In this document: piece after piece, positions 8,807-17,667 of the stretch
How the letters are laid out: every line of letters begins with the position of its first letter
How positions within the stretch are numbered: the first letter of the stretch is position 1
Assembly (NCBI GenBank): GCA_043811375.1
Contig: JBDRNJ010000065.1
Span: 2,278 to 66,277, forward strand
Direction of reading: 5' to 3'
Origin: a bacterium
GTDB taxonomy: Bacteria; Zixibacteria; MSB-5A5; GN15; FEB-12
Length of the DNA stretch: 64,000 nt
The notes under the pieces: generated by a model
The model's input: only the letters and a program-made list of their open reading frames with translations
Database searches by the model: none
What the model was told of the DNA's origin: nothing
Program-made: the position numbers and the translations under genes

Positions 8807-11464
8807 GTGACTAAAACATTCGTTCGACTGACGTTGATTCTGATTCTCCTGCTATTATCGGGGTCTGCCAACAGTGAGACCTGGCAGGAACAGTACAACC
8901 GTGCTGATTCACTGGCGGATGAATACCGGTACGATTCGGCCAATGCGGTTTTCCAACGGACGTTGGCTATGGCTCGGGATCAGTTCGGACCAACGGACAC
9001 GGTGTGCGCCTACATTCTGCACCGTATGGGCAAATGTTACTTTTTTCAGGGCGATTTGGCTCAGGCGGCCCGGATGTTTAAAGAGGCTGCCGACATACGG
9101 CAACAGGTGCTTGGCCCTTATCATCCTGACTATGCGGCATCCTTGATAAACCTGGCCGTTACCTACATGCAGCGAGGCAACTACGAAAAGGCCGAGCCAC
9201 TCTACCTTCAGGCGATGGCTATCGACGATCATTCACTGGAACCTGACGATCCGCTACGCGCCAGCACCCTTAGTAACCTGGCCATTGTTTATATCAAGCA
9301 GGAGAAGTACACCCATGCCGAGCCGCTGCTTGAGAAAGCTATCGCCATCAGGGAGAAAGCATATGGAACGGACAGCCATTGGCTGTCAACCTGCCTGGTC
9401 AATCTGGCTGTTGTTTATCGTAATCAGGAAAGGTACTCCGAGGCGGAAGCACTCTACCGGCGGCAGATAGCCATCGTTGAGAAGAGTCGGGGGGTTGATC
9501 ATCCGGCGTTGCCGTACAGCCTGCGCGGGCTGGCTAAGTCTTTCCGTTTACAGGGCCGGTATTCGGAAGCGGAACCGCTTCTGGAACGCTCCCTGGAAAT
9601 CAATGTCAAGGCTTTTGGCCCCGACCATCCCGAATTGGCTCGTGATTTTGAGGAACTGAGCATTCTCTACCGCCTGCTCGGAGATCATCGTCGGGCGCTT
9701 TCATCATCGACACGTGCCTTTGAAATCAGGCATCAGAATTTCCGGGCCAATGCCGGACTCTTTTCCGAGGACGACGCCATCAAGTACGCTCGTTCTTTGC
9801 ACTACTCAGCCAACAATATGCTAACCTGTTTCTTGAGTTGTGATGATACAGTAAGGCCAACTCTGGATGTGGCAACAGACGTTGTTGTCATGACCAAGGG
9901 TCAGGTGAGTGATGGGATATTTGCTCGCCGGCTTTCTCTGGCTTCCCGGACAGACTCCGCCATTGCGGTACTTGCCAACAGCTATAGTGAGGCCCGGAGC
10001 CGGCTTTCCGAGATCTGTGTCAGCAGTTCCGGACAGGAGGATGACACCGTTTATCGTGCACAGCTCGATTCGCTGAGTACATTAGTGGAAGAGTTGGAAA
10101 GCGATCTGGCCTATCGCAGCGCCAGTTTTCGCCGAGAACGCGGCCAGCAACGAGTGAGCATAACCGATATCATGTCCCTGCTTCCCAGTGACGTGATTCT
10201 GATCGAGTACATGAGATTCGATTTCTACATTACCGACGCTGATCAAAGCGATTCACGCTACCTGGCGGTAGTTCTTGCATGCGATGGTATTCGGCAAGTA
10301 ACCGACCTGGGCAGCGCCGATATTATTGATTCGGCGGTTGCTCGATACCAGAGAGATATGCGACGAGAATCGCCACAGCCGACACCGGGTGAACAGGACA
10401 CTGTCCTGTCGAACCTGTTCCAACGCCTGTGGGCACCTCTGGCGGTGAGCATCGACAATCCGGAATTGATCCTGATTGCTCCCGACGGAGCGTTAAACCT
10501 GGTGTCCTTTGGAGGTCTGCCGGATGATTCCGGTCGTTTTCTTATCGAAAAATATCCCCTGCATTATCTGTCCTCCGGCCGCGACCTCATACGACTGGCA
10601 GCGGATGACTCCGTCGGCAGGGGTTTGTTGGTGCTGGGCGATCCTGATTACGATGCTCCGCCCGGTCGTCGGGTGCCTCAGCAGAAGCAGTCCTCGATGA
10701 CTCAAGACGGTTCGGAACAATTCACATTCATCACCGGTCCTGATCAACAGCGTGACACCAAATCCAATGCTGTGAGATTGCATGAAATCACCGTCGACCG
10801 TTTGCCGGGAACGGCTCGTGAAGTGGCGCTGGTGGTTCGCTCCTGGGGGAAACACTCGACCGAAACGGTGCGGAGTTGCCTGGGCGAGGAAGCTACGGAA
10901 GATAATGTCAAAACATTAGCCGTCGGTAAACGGGTGATTCATCTGGCCACTCACGGCTTCTACCTGTCCGCTCTCGGTCAGTTGGGAAAATCAGGTGGTG
11001 ACGCCGAATCGCAGAAAACTTATACGGCCGAACAACCGCTGCTCTCATCGGGATTGCTGCTGGCGGGTTGCAACCTTCACGGTCGCGGCGCCGACAGCCT
11101 CGATCTTGACGACGGTGTCCTGACGGCGGCGGAAGTATGCGGATTGAACCTGACCGGCGTTCAGCGAGTGGTGCTTTCGGCATGTGAGTCTGCGTTGGGG
11201 AAAGTTGAGACCGGTGAAGGTGTCTACGGTCTGCGACGCGCTTTTCAACTGGCCGGAGCGCGAGCGGTGGTTAGTTCCCTGTGGCCGGTGTCGGACCAGG
11301 CCACCGCGGATTTCATGGCGAATCTGTACCAGTCTGTCGATCGTCCTCTGTACCAGGTGTTGCGGGAATGTCAACTGCGGCAACTACGACGCCTGCGTGA
11401 AAACAATTACTCCGACCATCCGTCACACTGGGCTGCCTTCATTGCCGCCGGCGACTGGAAATAG
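8807..11464 (+). CDS. TPR-repeat CHAT-domain (caspase-like) protease with N-terminal signal peptide
   Basis: GTG at 8807 gives VTKTFVRLTLILILLLLSGSANSE. There are about 8 kinesin-light-chain-type TPRs (..A.SL.NLA.VY..QG.Y..AEPL..). The C-terminal CHAT carries IHLATHGFY (His) and VVLSACESALGK (Cys). The track start at 8681 would overlap otsA. Confidence 0.8.
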   Translation: MTKTFVRLTLILILLLLSGSANSETWQEQYNRADSLADEYRYDSANAVFQRTLAMARDQFGPTDTVCAYILHRMGKCYFFQGDLAQAARMFKEAADIRQQVLGPYHPDYAASLINLAVTYMQRGNYEKAEPLYLQAMAIDDHSLEPDDPLRASTLSNLAIVYIKQEKYTHAEPLLEKAIAIREKAYGTDSHWLSTCLVNLAVVYRNQERYSEAEALYRRQIAIVEKSRGVDHPALPYSLRGLAKSFRLQGRYSEAEPLLERSLEINVKAFGPDHPELARDFEELSILYRLLGDHRRALSSSTRAFEIRHQNFRANAGLFSEDDAIKYARSLHYSANNMLTCFLSCDDTVRPTLDVATDVVVMTKGQVSDGIFARRLSLASRTDSAIAVLANSYSEARSRLSEICVSSSGQEDDTVYRAQLDSLSTLVEELESDLAYRSASFRRERGQQRVSITDIMSLLPSDVILIEYMRFDFYITDADQSDSRYLAVVLACDGIRQVTDLGSADIIDSAVARYQRDMRRESPQPTPGEQDTVLSNLFQRLWAPLAVSIDNPELILIAPDGALNLVSFGGLPDDSGRFLIEKYPLHYLSSGRDLIRLAADDSVGRGLLVLGDPDYDAPPGRRVPQQKQSSMTQDGSEQFTFITGPDQQRDTKSNAVRLHEITVDRLPGTAREVALVVRSWGKHSTETVRSCLGEEATEDNVKTLAVGKRVIHLATHGFYLSALGQLGKSGGDAESQKTYTAEQPLLSSGLLLAGCNLHGRGADSLDLDDGVLTAAEVCGLNLTGVQRVVLSACESALGKVETGEGVYGLRRAFQLAGARAVVSSLWPVSDQATADFMANLYQSVDRPLYQVLRECQLRQLRRLRENNYSDHPSHWAAFIAAGDWK

Positions 11465-11465
11465 C

Positions 11466-11489
11466 CCGGCAGTGAGTTGATTCTGCCGG
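11466..11489. terminator. Hairpin in the convergent gap (weak bidirectional terminator candidate)
   Basis: ccggcag-N10-ctgccgg, a 7-bp stem between the CHAT stop (11464) and the anti-sigma stop (11515). There is no clear T-tract. Confidence 0.25.
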
Positions 11490-11514
11490 CATCAGCTACG
11501 TGTTGATGGAAGTA

Positions 11515-12369
11515 TCAGTCCTGAGATAGAATGAACGGGAATACGGTGTGTACGTATTCTTCGCCGGTAGCCGGACTGTTGGCGATCACCACCAACCGAT
11601 ACTCACCCGCAGCAAGTCCGGGGACCTCAACCTCTATCAGCAGACGTCCGCCGGGGGCGAAATCCTGTGGGAACACCCGGCGTTGGTGGAGAACTTCGTC
11701 CGATGTGGCCTGTAACCGGAGTTGATAATTCTCCTCGTCGAAGAAAGCCATGAAAGACAGGCCCACAACAAACCGATTTTCCCGCAACGGTACGACCGGT
11801 TTTACCTGATCTGATCGGCGTAATTCATGCAGCCAGACGACGTCGGCCGTCTGTACGAACGTCATTGAAGACCGGTCCGTAAAATGCGACCACATTACTA
11901 CACTTAACGGTGCCATCAGCAGTACGATAACGGCGGCAGCAGCAAAAGCCATAACCGGCCTGACTTTCAGCGGCACCATCAACCCCTCCCACCAGTTCCA
12001 CAAACGCTGAGAAATTGATGACGGCTCAGACCGCGCCGAACTGTCTGCCACTGTCTGCAGCATGTCAGCTTTCTTACGGCAGGCAGGACACAAGTCGAGA
12101 TGCAACTCAATCTCTTCCCGCTTGTTTTGACTCAACAATTGAGGGTCATCTATATAGGTGACAAGCGACTCATTGCCTGCATGTTCTCTGGCCGAAACTG
12201 CAAAAAAGCCCCGGGCACCGTCGATTGTTTGACGGTATTCATCGGCGAGACTCCGACAGTCCTGACATTCCTTGAGATGGCGGGTGACTTCAGGGGCGGT
12301 CCTATCGTCCAGACTGCCGTCTAAGAAGTCAAAGATAAGGTCTCTGATATTTTTGTTACTGCAACTCAT
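11515..12369 (-). CDS. Membrane anti-sigma factor with two zf-HC2 (HxxxCxxC) motifs
   Basis: RHLKECQDCRSL and LHLDLCPACRKK in the cytoplasmic N-terminal part. One TM helix (PVMAFAAAAVIVLLMAPLSVVMW). About 110-aa extracytoplasmic beta-rich domain. The gene lies 56 nt downstream of the ECF sigma gene. Confidence 0.7.
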   Translation of the reverse strand: MSCSNKNIRDLIFDFLDGSLDDRTAPEVTRHLKECQDCRSLADEYRQTIDGARGFFAVSAREHAGNESLVTYIDDPQLLSQNKREEIELHLDLCPACRKKADMLQTVADSSARSEPSSISQRLWNWWEGLMVPLKVRPVMAFAAAAVIVLLMAPLSVVMWSHFTDRSSMTFVQTADVVWLHELRRSDQVKPVVPLRENRFVVGLSFMAFFDEENYQLRLQATSDEVLHQRRVFPQDFAPGGRLLIEVEVPGLAAGEYRLVVIANSPATGEEYVHTVFPFILSQD

Positions 12370-12425
12370 GATCCACTTTCCTTTTTATGCTTCCACTACA
12401 TATAGTGCCGCATCTGGTGGAAATG

Positions 12426-12968
12426 TCACAGATTTTCTAACTTGTTGGCCAAATTTCTGGCCTTGTCAAGACATCGCTTGAGCCACTGCCTTGAAGCTCC
12501 CGGCGACGTCTTGAGCCTTTCAGCTATCTCTTTGTGGTCAAGGTTCTTATAGTACCTCAGAGCCAGTATCCGGCGACAGCGGTACTCCAGTTCTGAGATG
12601 ACTTTTCTCAGCACCGCCCATCGTTCGCCGGTGAGAATTTCCTCTACCGGTGAAGGATTACCGGATTCCGGGTCGGTATCCAGAGATACGGTCGGCTCAC
12701 TTCGATCATACACTTTCAGGCAGGTGAACTTGGTGATCCGGCTCACATACGTCTTCAGCCCCAACCCCCGGTATTTCCCGGCCCGGAAGTTCTCGGTCAG
12801 GATAATTAGCACCTGTTGTTGAATATCGTCCCTGGCGGCAATGATCGAACCATGCCAGCCGGGCAGGATCAGAACGGAAGTAATCCACTTCTCTATAATG
12901 GAGTAATCCTCCCGGCGCCCCTCCAGGAAACCGTTGATCAGTTTGTTTTCCGCAGCTTTCAGATTCAT
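12426..12968 (-). CDS. ECF-type RNA polymerase sigma-70 family factor
   Basis: Region 2 (DDIQQQVLIILTENFRAGKYRG..LKTYVSRITKFTCL) and region 4 HTH (RRILALRYYKNLDHKEIAERLKTSPGASRQWLKRCLDKAR). I prefer the ATG at 12968 with GACGAGGG upstream over the track start at 13043. Confidence 0.8.
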   Translation of the reverse strand: MNLKAAENKLINGFLEGRREDYSIIEKWITSVLILPGWHGSIIAARDDIQQQVLIILTENFRAGKYRGLGLKTYVSRITKFTCLKVYDRSEPTVSLDTDPESGNPSPVEEILTGERWAVLRKVISELEYRCRRILALRYYKNLDHKEIAERLKTSPGASRQWLKRCLDKARNLANKLENL

Positions 12969-13065
12969 CCCTCGTCCGTGTTGTGAACAGCAAACAGGAT
13001 ATTTAAGTCGATAGAAGTTAACGCATTGCAACCCGGAAGGCAAGTTCCGTTTGATGCGATACCCC

Positions 13066-13094
13066 TTGACAAATAATCGACACCATAGTATACT
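13066..13094 (+). promoter_or_regulatory. Near-consensus sigma70 promoter facing the giant T9SS gene
   Basis: TTGACA (13066-13071), exactly 17 nt, TATACT (13089-13094). It lies in the divergent ECF sigma / giant-gene intergenic region. Confidence 0.6.
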
Positions 13095-13585
13095 ATGCCT
13101 ATAGGGTTGTTAGCCAGATACTAACCTCACTTAGCACACAACAGTGTTGATGACAAAACTTACAGTATATCTTAGTCCCGTTCCGTGGAACCGCTCGCCA
13201 ATCTTTGTGCGTCATTGCGAAGAGCGCAGTGATTTGGCAATCTCATCGGAAACAATCAGACAAGTCAATCAAGGAAAACTCACTTCGCGTCTGTCACACT
13301 TTGGCGGGATCGGGCACTATACCGCAGAAGGAGAAAATGATAATGATAACAAGAAATACAGAATGTTCACTGGCAACTGTTGAAAGGAGGGTACCGAATG
13401 GATCACAACCCATTCAAAGCAAAGTCCTTAACTGCAAGCAATTACTAAAAAAAACCTGTTCCCGGAATGAGGAGACAGGATACCACACGAAAGGCAGGTA
13501 TGTGATGAGACGCATAGTGTTTATCGCTCTAAATGAGGCCTACTCACTGGGCCGCCAACTTTTTCATAATGAAAGAAATACTACC

Positions 13586-16500
13586 ATGAGAAATTTACGC
13601 GTACGCACACTGTTTCTGGCCGGTATCGTGCTGGCCCTGACTATGGGATTACTTTCCCAGCCCGCACAGGCGCGGTTCTACATTGATATCCCCGGCACGG
13701 ATCCTTGCATAGCCGATGTTCCTTTTACTATCGAGATTTATCTGAACAACACTGACGCTAACGGTATATCCGGTTCGACCAACGGCTTCCGTATCTACTC
13801 ACCGACTGGCGCCACCTGGCAAACTCCAACATACGATACCGCGGGGGGCCTCGACCAGTATTTCGATGGAGGTGTCTCTCTCAATGGCTTCAGTGTCGAC
13901 GGCTCCGGAGCCGACACTATCGGTCTGGGTGGCTTCTGCATGTACCAGCCCGGCATACCTAACGGTTATGACGACATCGTCGTGAAGATTGAGACAAAAA
14001 TGAGCGCGGACGGTGACACTCTCTGCATAGATTCCGCTTTTTATCCGCCTGGTGGTACGTGGCTATGGACGACACCATCCGGACCGGTCGTACCGAGTTG
14101 GGAAGGTCCGTACTGCTGGATGGTCGTACCGCAGATCAGCATAGCCGGCACCAAATTCGATGACTTCAACGGCAACTCTGTCTGGGAGCCGGGGCTTAGC
14201 GAACAGGGCTTGCAGGGTGTTACTATTAAACTCCACGGCAACGATGATTTGGGCACGGTCGACAAGTCAACGGTCACTGACGCGCTGGGGGAATACTCAT
14301 TCACCGGCCTGCGACCGGGCGATTACTGGGTGCTGGAGGAACCCGAATCCTGGTGGGCCTGCCAGACCTTTCCGCTGACTGTTTTTCACACCATTCCCGG
14401 ACTGCTGTGGGGTGACCAGATGACCGGGTATGATTTCGGCAATGATACTCTCTGCGAAGAGCCGACGTCTTTCGTAACCTGTCTGCACGGCACCGAAGAC
14501 AATTTTGTCGGGCCGGAAGCGGGTCACGTCAGTGCCGGTTTTGCCACATTCCTGGCTACCGGTCCGGTCAACTATATTACTGACTTTGATCAGCCGGCAA
14601 TGAATCAATGGTTCGGCCATACTTTCGACAACTGCTGGGATGATAAATGCGAAGTGGTCAATGCCTGGCTGCGCATCAAGCTGAAAGCAACGGGATCTGT
14701 TCCCTCCACCGACGGCCTGGCCTTTGGCGATTACAGCGCGGGCACCAACGGCCGAATCTGGTCGATCAGTATGAGTAACCTGGAAGCTCTTGCCGGGGGA
14801 ACCCCCCCATGGAGCAGTGGCGACGTGCTGGAGTACACTCTTGATCTGGCCAATCTGCCTATGGTTGCCTGGTTGCCAACAAACATTCTGGGAGCTCTTC
14901 AGGACGGCAACCTTGACATATTTATCCAGGATGACACCGAAGTTGATTTTATAGAACTAACTGTCGAGTTGTGCTGCGACACTTGCTACGCCGACGGCGA
15001 CGCTAATAATGACGGCATCGTCCTGGCTGTGGCAGACCTGGTCTACCTGGCGCAGTTCATCACCGGTCCCGGCCCAGCTCCGATCCCGCTGTACAGTTGC
15101 GATCTCAATGGCGACGGCGTGGTTGACATCGCTGACTTGCAGCTCTATTACGATTACTTCATATATGGCATCGGCGTCTTTGCGCCTTACGGCGGCTACC
15201 CGGTCCCCTGCCCCTGCGATCCCACTGCCGCCCCGGTGGTGGACACGGTGCATATCTACGGGCTGGAGCACACTTCACTTGGCATGGCTTGTCTGGAAGT
15301 GGTCGAGGACACCCTGGAAGTCACGCGACTTGGTTCCAGCGGAGATGATGGTGTGGCTATCGACCTTCGTGACATGTGTCATAGCTGGGATGCTCTGATA
15401 AAGAACCCTGATTTCGGAGATTCGCTGCCCGAGGGAGCATCACTGTCGATTGTAACTACAGCCGTCATAGACGGAACTCCCGACCAGGTTGTAAATGAAA
15501 TGTCTCAAACAAAGGTCGGGGGCAATAGAGAGCTGGCCGTGACTACGGACGCTCCGTCGGTAACACTGGAAGGCTACCAGGGTGACTCCCTGGTGTTTCA
15601 TCTCGAAGGGTATACAGGTGATGTATCTCGCTACCATAAGTTTATCGTTGGAGTTGTCTATGTCGGCGGCCCAGTACCTCTTGACACCATATGGGGCAAT
15701 GATTTTCATCAGGAAATCAAGTGGTATCAAATCGCCGGGGGTAACTATGGATACGTGATTGTCTCCTATTATACTTACAATGGTAAGATAGTGAGATGGT
15801 ATATTAACGATCAAACGATCTTAGTCGACCGGATCAATGTCATACCGGAATTGGCGACGCCAGCGTCGGTGAAGCCCGCATTCTCGGAGATAGTCATAAC
15901 AACCCAGGACATCCCTTCTCTCTCGTTTGTCGCAGAGTCGTACGGAGTCGATGCCTTCCCGGGTATCCGCGTCTCCAACCTCGGCAACGCCATTCTCACC
16001 CCCATTGAGACGTCGCTGGTTGTGAGCAATATCGGCCCCGGCGGTAATGACGGCATATGTGTTAGCCCATTTGACAAGGATGATGACATCGTCGATCCGC
16101 CGGCTCCTTCTCTTATTGAAGTGGCGGTAGAGAACCCCAACCAGGGCGGCACCTGGCCGATTGGCGCGTCGCTTGTAGCGGAATTCACCTTCGCTGCTTC
16201 TGAACCCGGAGGTGAGACCTTCCCCATGGAGTCGTTCTTTGATTACGCCGGCTCCAACACCTGGAACCTTGATGTCGAGTCACCCGCCAGCCAGTACACC
16301 GTCGAGGCGTACCGGAACGACGCGCTGGTGTTCAGTGTTGATACTGTTCCGGTTGCTGACCTCGGCTACATCGTGGAGACCGCCAGAGGCGTGTACCCGG
16401 TTGAGTTCAAAGGCTCTTCCACCGGCAAACCGGCCTCAACCTGCGTCTGGCAGGCACCGGATGGAGTCCAATGGACCTGGGCGGCGCAAGGAGTGTCCGG

Positions 16501-17509
16501 CCTTCAGATCGACAGTCTCACTGTCACGGCCGACACGACCGAGGCGGGAATTTCCAGTGCATCGATACTGGGCACCAACGGAGCCAAATCGGACCCGATA
16601 TCGTTCACTATCCTCTCCATCACCGCTGAGCCGGCTTCCTGCTGCCTGAACCGTGGCGATGTCGACGGCAGCGGCGCAACTGACGTAGGTGACCTAACCT
16701 ACCTGGTGGCCTACCTGTTCCAGGGTGGTCCGGAACCGCCGTGCCCCGAGGAGGGTGATGTTGACGGCAGCGGCGCCATGGACGTCGGTGACCTGACCTA
16801 CCTGGTGGCGTATCTCTTCCAGAGCGGTCCCCCGCCACCTGATTGTGGTGCCACTCCGAAGATGGCCCTCGGGAAAGTCACTCGCACCGACGTCTCACTC
16901 AGCACTACTTACGACGATGATGGCGCTACCACCATCACGTTGCAGTCGGTGGTTGACCTGCGCGGCTTGCAAATCGAGTTGCGCGGTGCGGGAAACAACC
17001 GGACGGTGAAACTGGTCGATCCAACTCTCGAGGTGTACTTCCATCAGGACGGCGGGGAAGCGCGGATCGGCATCCTCGACCTTGAGGGCGCCACCATGAT
17101 AAACAAGGGCACCAGTGCTTTGGTGAGGTTGGAAGGTGAATACGAGATTACCGAGGCGGTTGCCTCCGACCTGTCTCATAATACTTTCTCACCGGTCATC
17201 AACAGTGCCGCCAAGACGGCCGAACTGCCGCATGATTTCGTCCTGCACCAGAATTACCCCAACCCGTTTAACCCCTCCACTCAGATCAACTTCAGCCTGC
17301 CGCAGGCATCAGATGTGAAGCTGGAGGTGTACAACGTGCTGGGTCAGCAAGTAGTAACACTACTGGATGATTTCCGTGAGGCGGGCGCTCATACCGTCTC
17401 GTGGAACAGCACTGACAACTCCGGCAAACAAGTGTCGAGCGGAGTCTATTTCTACCGGATTCAGGCTGCTGATTACACCGATACCAGAAAGATGCTATTG
17501 CTCAAGTAA
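13586..17509 (+). CDS. Giant secreted multidomain protein with dockerin-like pairs and a T9SS C-terminal sorting domain
   Basis: ATG at 13586 gives MRNLRVRTLFLAGIVLALTMGLLSQPAQA, a signal peptide. There is a Cna-B/SdrD-like segment (GVTIKLHGNDDLG..TDALGEYSFTGLRPGDYWV). Dockerin-like pairs lie at ~14990-15170 and 16655-16840. The C-terminus is NYPNPFNPSTQINFSLP...GVYFYRI...KMLLLK. In-frame alternative starts at 13505 and 13337/13343 (the latter with a strong SD) are unresolved. The track start at 13205 is unlikely. Confidence 0.8.
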   Translation: MRNLRVRTLFLAGIVLALTMGLLSQPAQARFYIDIPGTDPCIADVPFTIEIYLNNTDANGISGSTNGFRIYSPTGATWQTPTYDTAGGLDQYFDGGVSLNGFSVDGSGADTIGLGGFCMYQPGIPNGYDDIVVKIETKMSADGDTLCIDSAFYPPGGTWLWTTPSGPVVPSWEGPYCWMVVPQISIAGTKFDDFNGNSVWEPGLSEQGLQGVTIKLHGNDDLGTVDKSTVTDALGEYSFTGLRPGDYWVLEEPESWWACQTFPLTVFHTIPGLLWGDQMTGYDFGNDTLCEEPTSFVTCLHGTEDNFVGPEAGHVSAGFATFLATGPVNYITDFDQPAMNQWFGHTFDNCWDDKCEVVNAWLRIKLKATGSVPSTDGLAFGDYSAGTNGRIWSISMSNLEALAGGTPPWSSGDVLEYTLDLANLPMVAWLPTNILGALQDGNLDIFIQDDTEVDFIELTVELCCDTCYADGDANNDGIVLAVADLVYLAQFITGPGPAPIPLYSCDLNGDGVVDIADLQLYYDYFIYGIGVFAPYGGYPVPCPCDPTAAPVVDTVHIYGLEHTSLGMACLEVVEDTLEVTRLGSSGDDGVAIDLRDMCHSWDALIKNPDFGDSLPEGASLSIVTTAVIDGTPDQVVNEMSQTKVGGNRELAVTTDAPSVTLEGYQGDSLVFHLEGYTGDVSRYHKFIVGVVYVGGPVPLDTIWGNDFHQEIKWYQIAGGNYGYVIVSYYTYNGKIVRWYINDQTILVDRINVIPELATPASVKPAFSEIVITTQDIPSLSFVAESYGVDAFPGIRVSNLGNAILTPIETSLVVSNIGPGGNDGICVSPFDKDDDIVDPPAPSLIEVAVENPNQGGTWPIGASLVAEFTFAASEPGGETFPMESFFDYAGSNTWNLDVESPASQYTVEAYRNDALVFSVDTVPVADLGYIVETARGVYPVEFKGSSTGKPASTCVWQAPDGVQWTWAAQGVSGLQIDSLTVTADTTEAGISSASILGTNGAKSDPISFTILSITAEPASCCLNRGDVDGSGATDVGDLTYLVAYLFQGGPEPPCPEEGDVDGSGAMDVGDLTYLVAYLFQSGPPPPDCGATPKMALGKVTRTDVSLSTTYDDDGATTITLQSVVDLRGLQIELRGAGNNRTVKLVDPTLEVYFHQDGGEARIGILDLEGATMINKGTSALVRLEGEYEITEAVASDLSHNTFSPVINSAAKTAELPHDFVLHQNYPNPFNPSTQINFSLPQASDVKLEVYNVLGQQVVTLLDDFREAGAHTVSWNSTDNSGKQVSSGVYFYRIQAADYTDTRKMLLLK
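16655..16840 (+). repeat. Dockerin-like EF-hand pair (two copies of GDVDGSGxxDVGDLTYLVAYLFQxGP)
   Basis: The motif is tandemly duplicated within the giant protein. The same motif pair occurs at 42419-42607 on the minus strand, with DNA-level similarity. Confidence 0.8.
17243..17506 (+). other. T9SS type-A C-terminal sorting domain (Por secretion tail)
   Basis: LHQNYPNPFNPSTQINFSLPQASDVKLEVYNVLGQQVVTLLD...SGVYFYRIQAADYTDTRKMLLLK at the extreme C-terminus. Confidence 0.8.
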
Positions 17510-17537
17510 ACACCTTATTCTCATTACCTGACGATGC

Positions 17538-17574
17538 GCGAGGCAGGACCTTCGGGTCCTGCCTCGTTGTTTCT
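17538..17574 (+). terminator. Rho-independent terminator after the giant gene
   Basis: gcgaggcaggacc-ttcg-ggtcctgcctcg, a perfect 12-13-bp stem with a tetraloop, followed by ttgtttct. Confidence 0.8.
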
Positions 17575-17667
17575 GCCACCAAATCATGCAAGCTGATTTT
17601 TCACTTGATTGCCGGTAGTATGACTTATACCTTGGAACTTCAAAACATCAGTGTAAGGAGAGTATTT

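Noticed and set aside
13187-13213. ECF-type promoter motifs: GGAAC-N18-CGTC facing the giant gene, and GGAAC-N20-CGTT (13048-13020, minus) facing the sigma gene
   Set aside because: The spacers (18 and 20 nt) are longer than the canonical 16-17 and differ from each other. The CGTC also lies inside a half copy of a widespread palindromic element. They are mentioned only as weak context in the leader finding.
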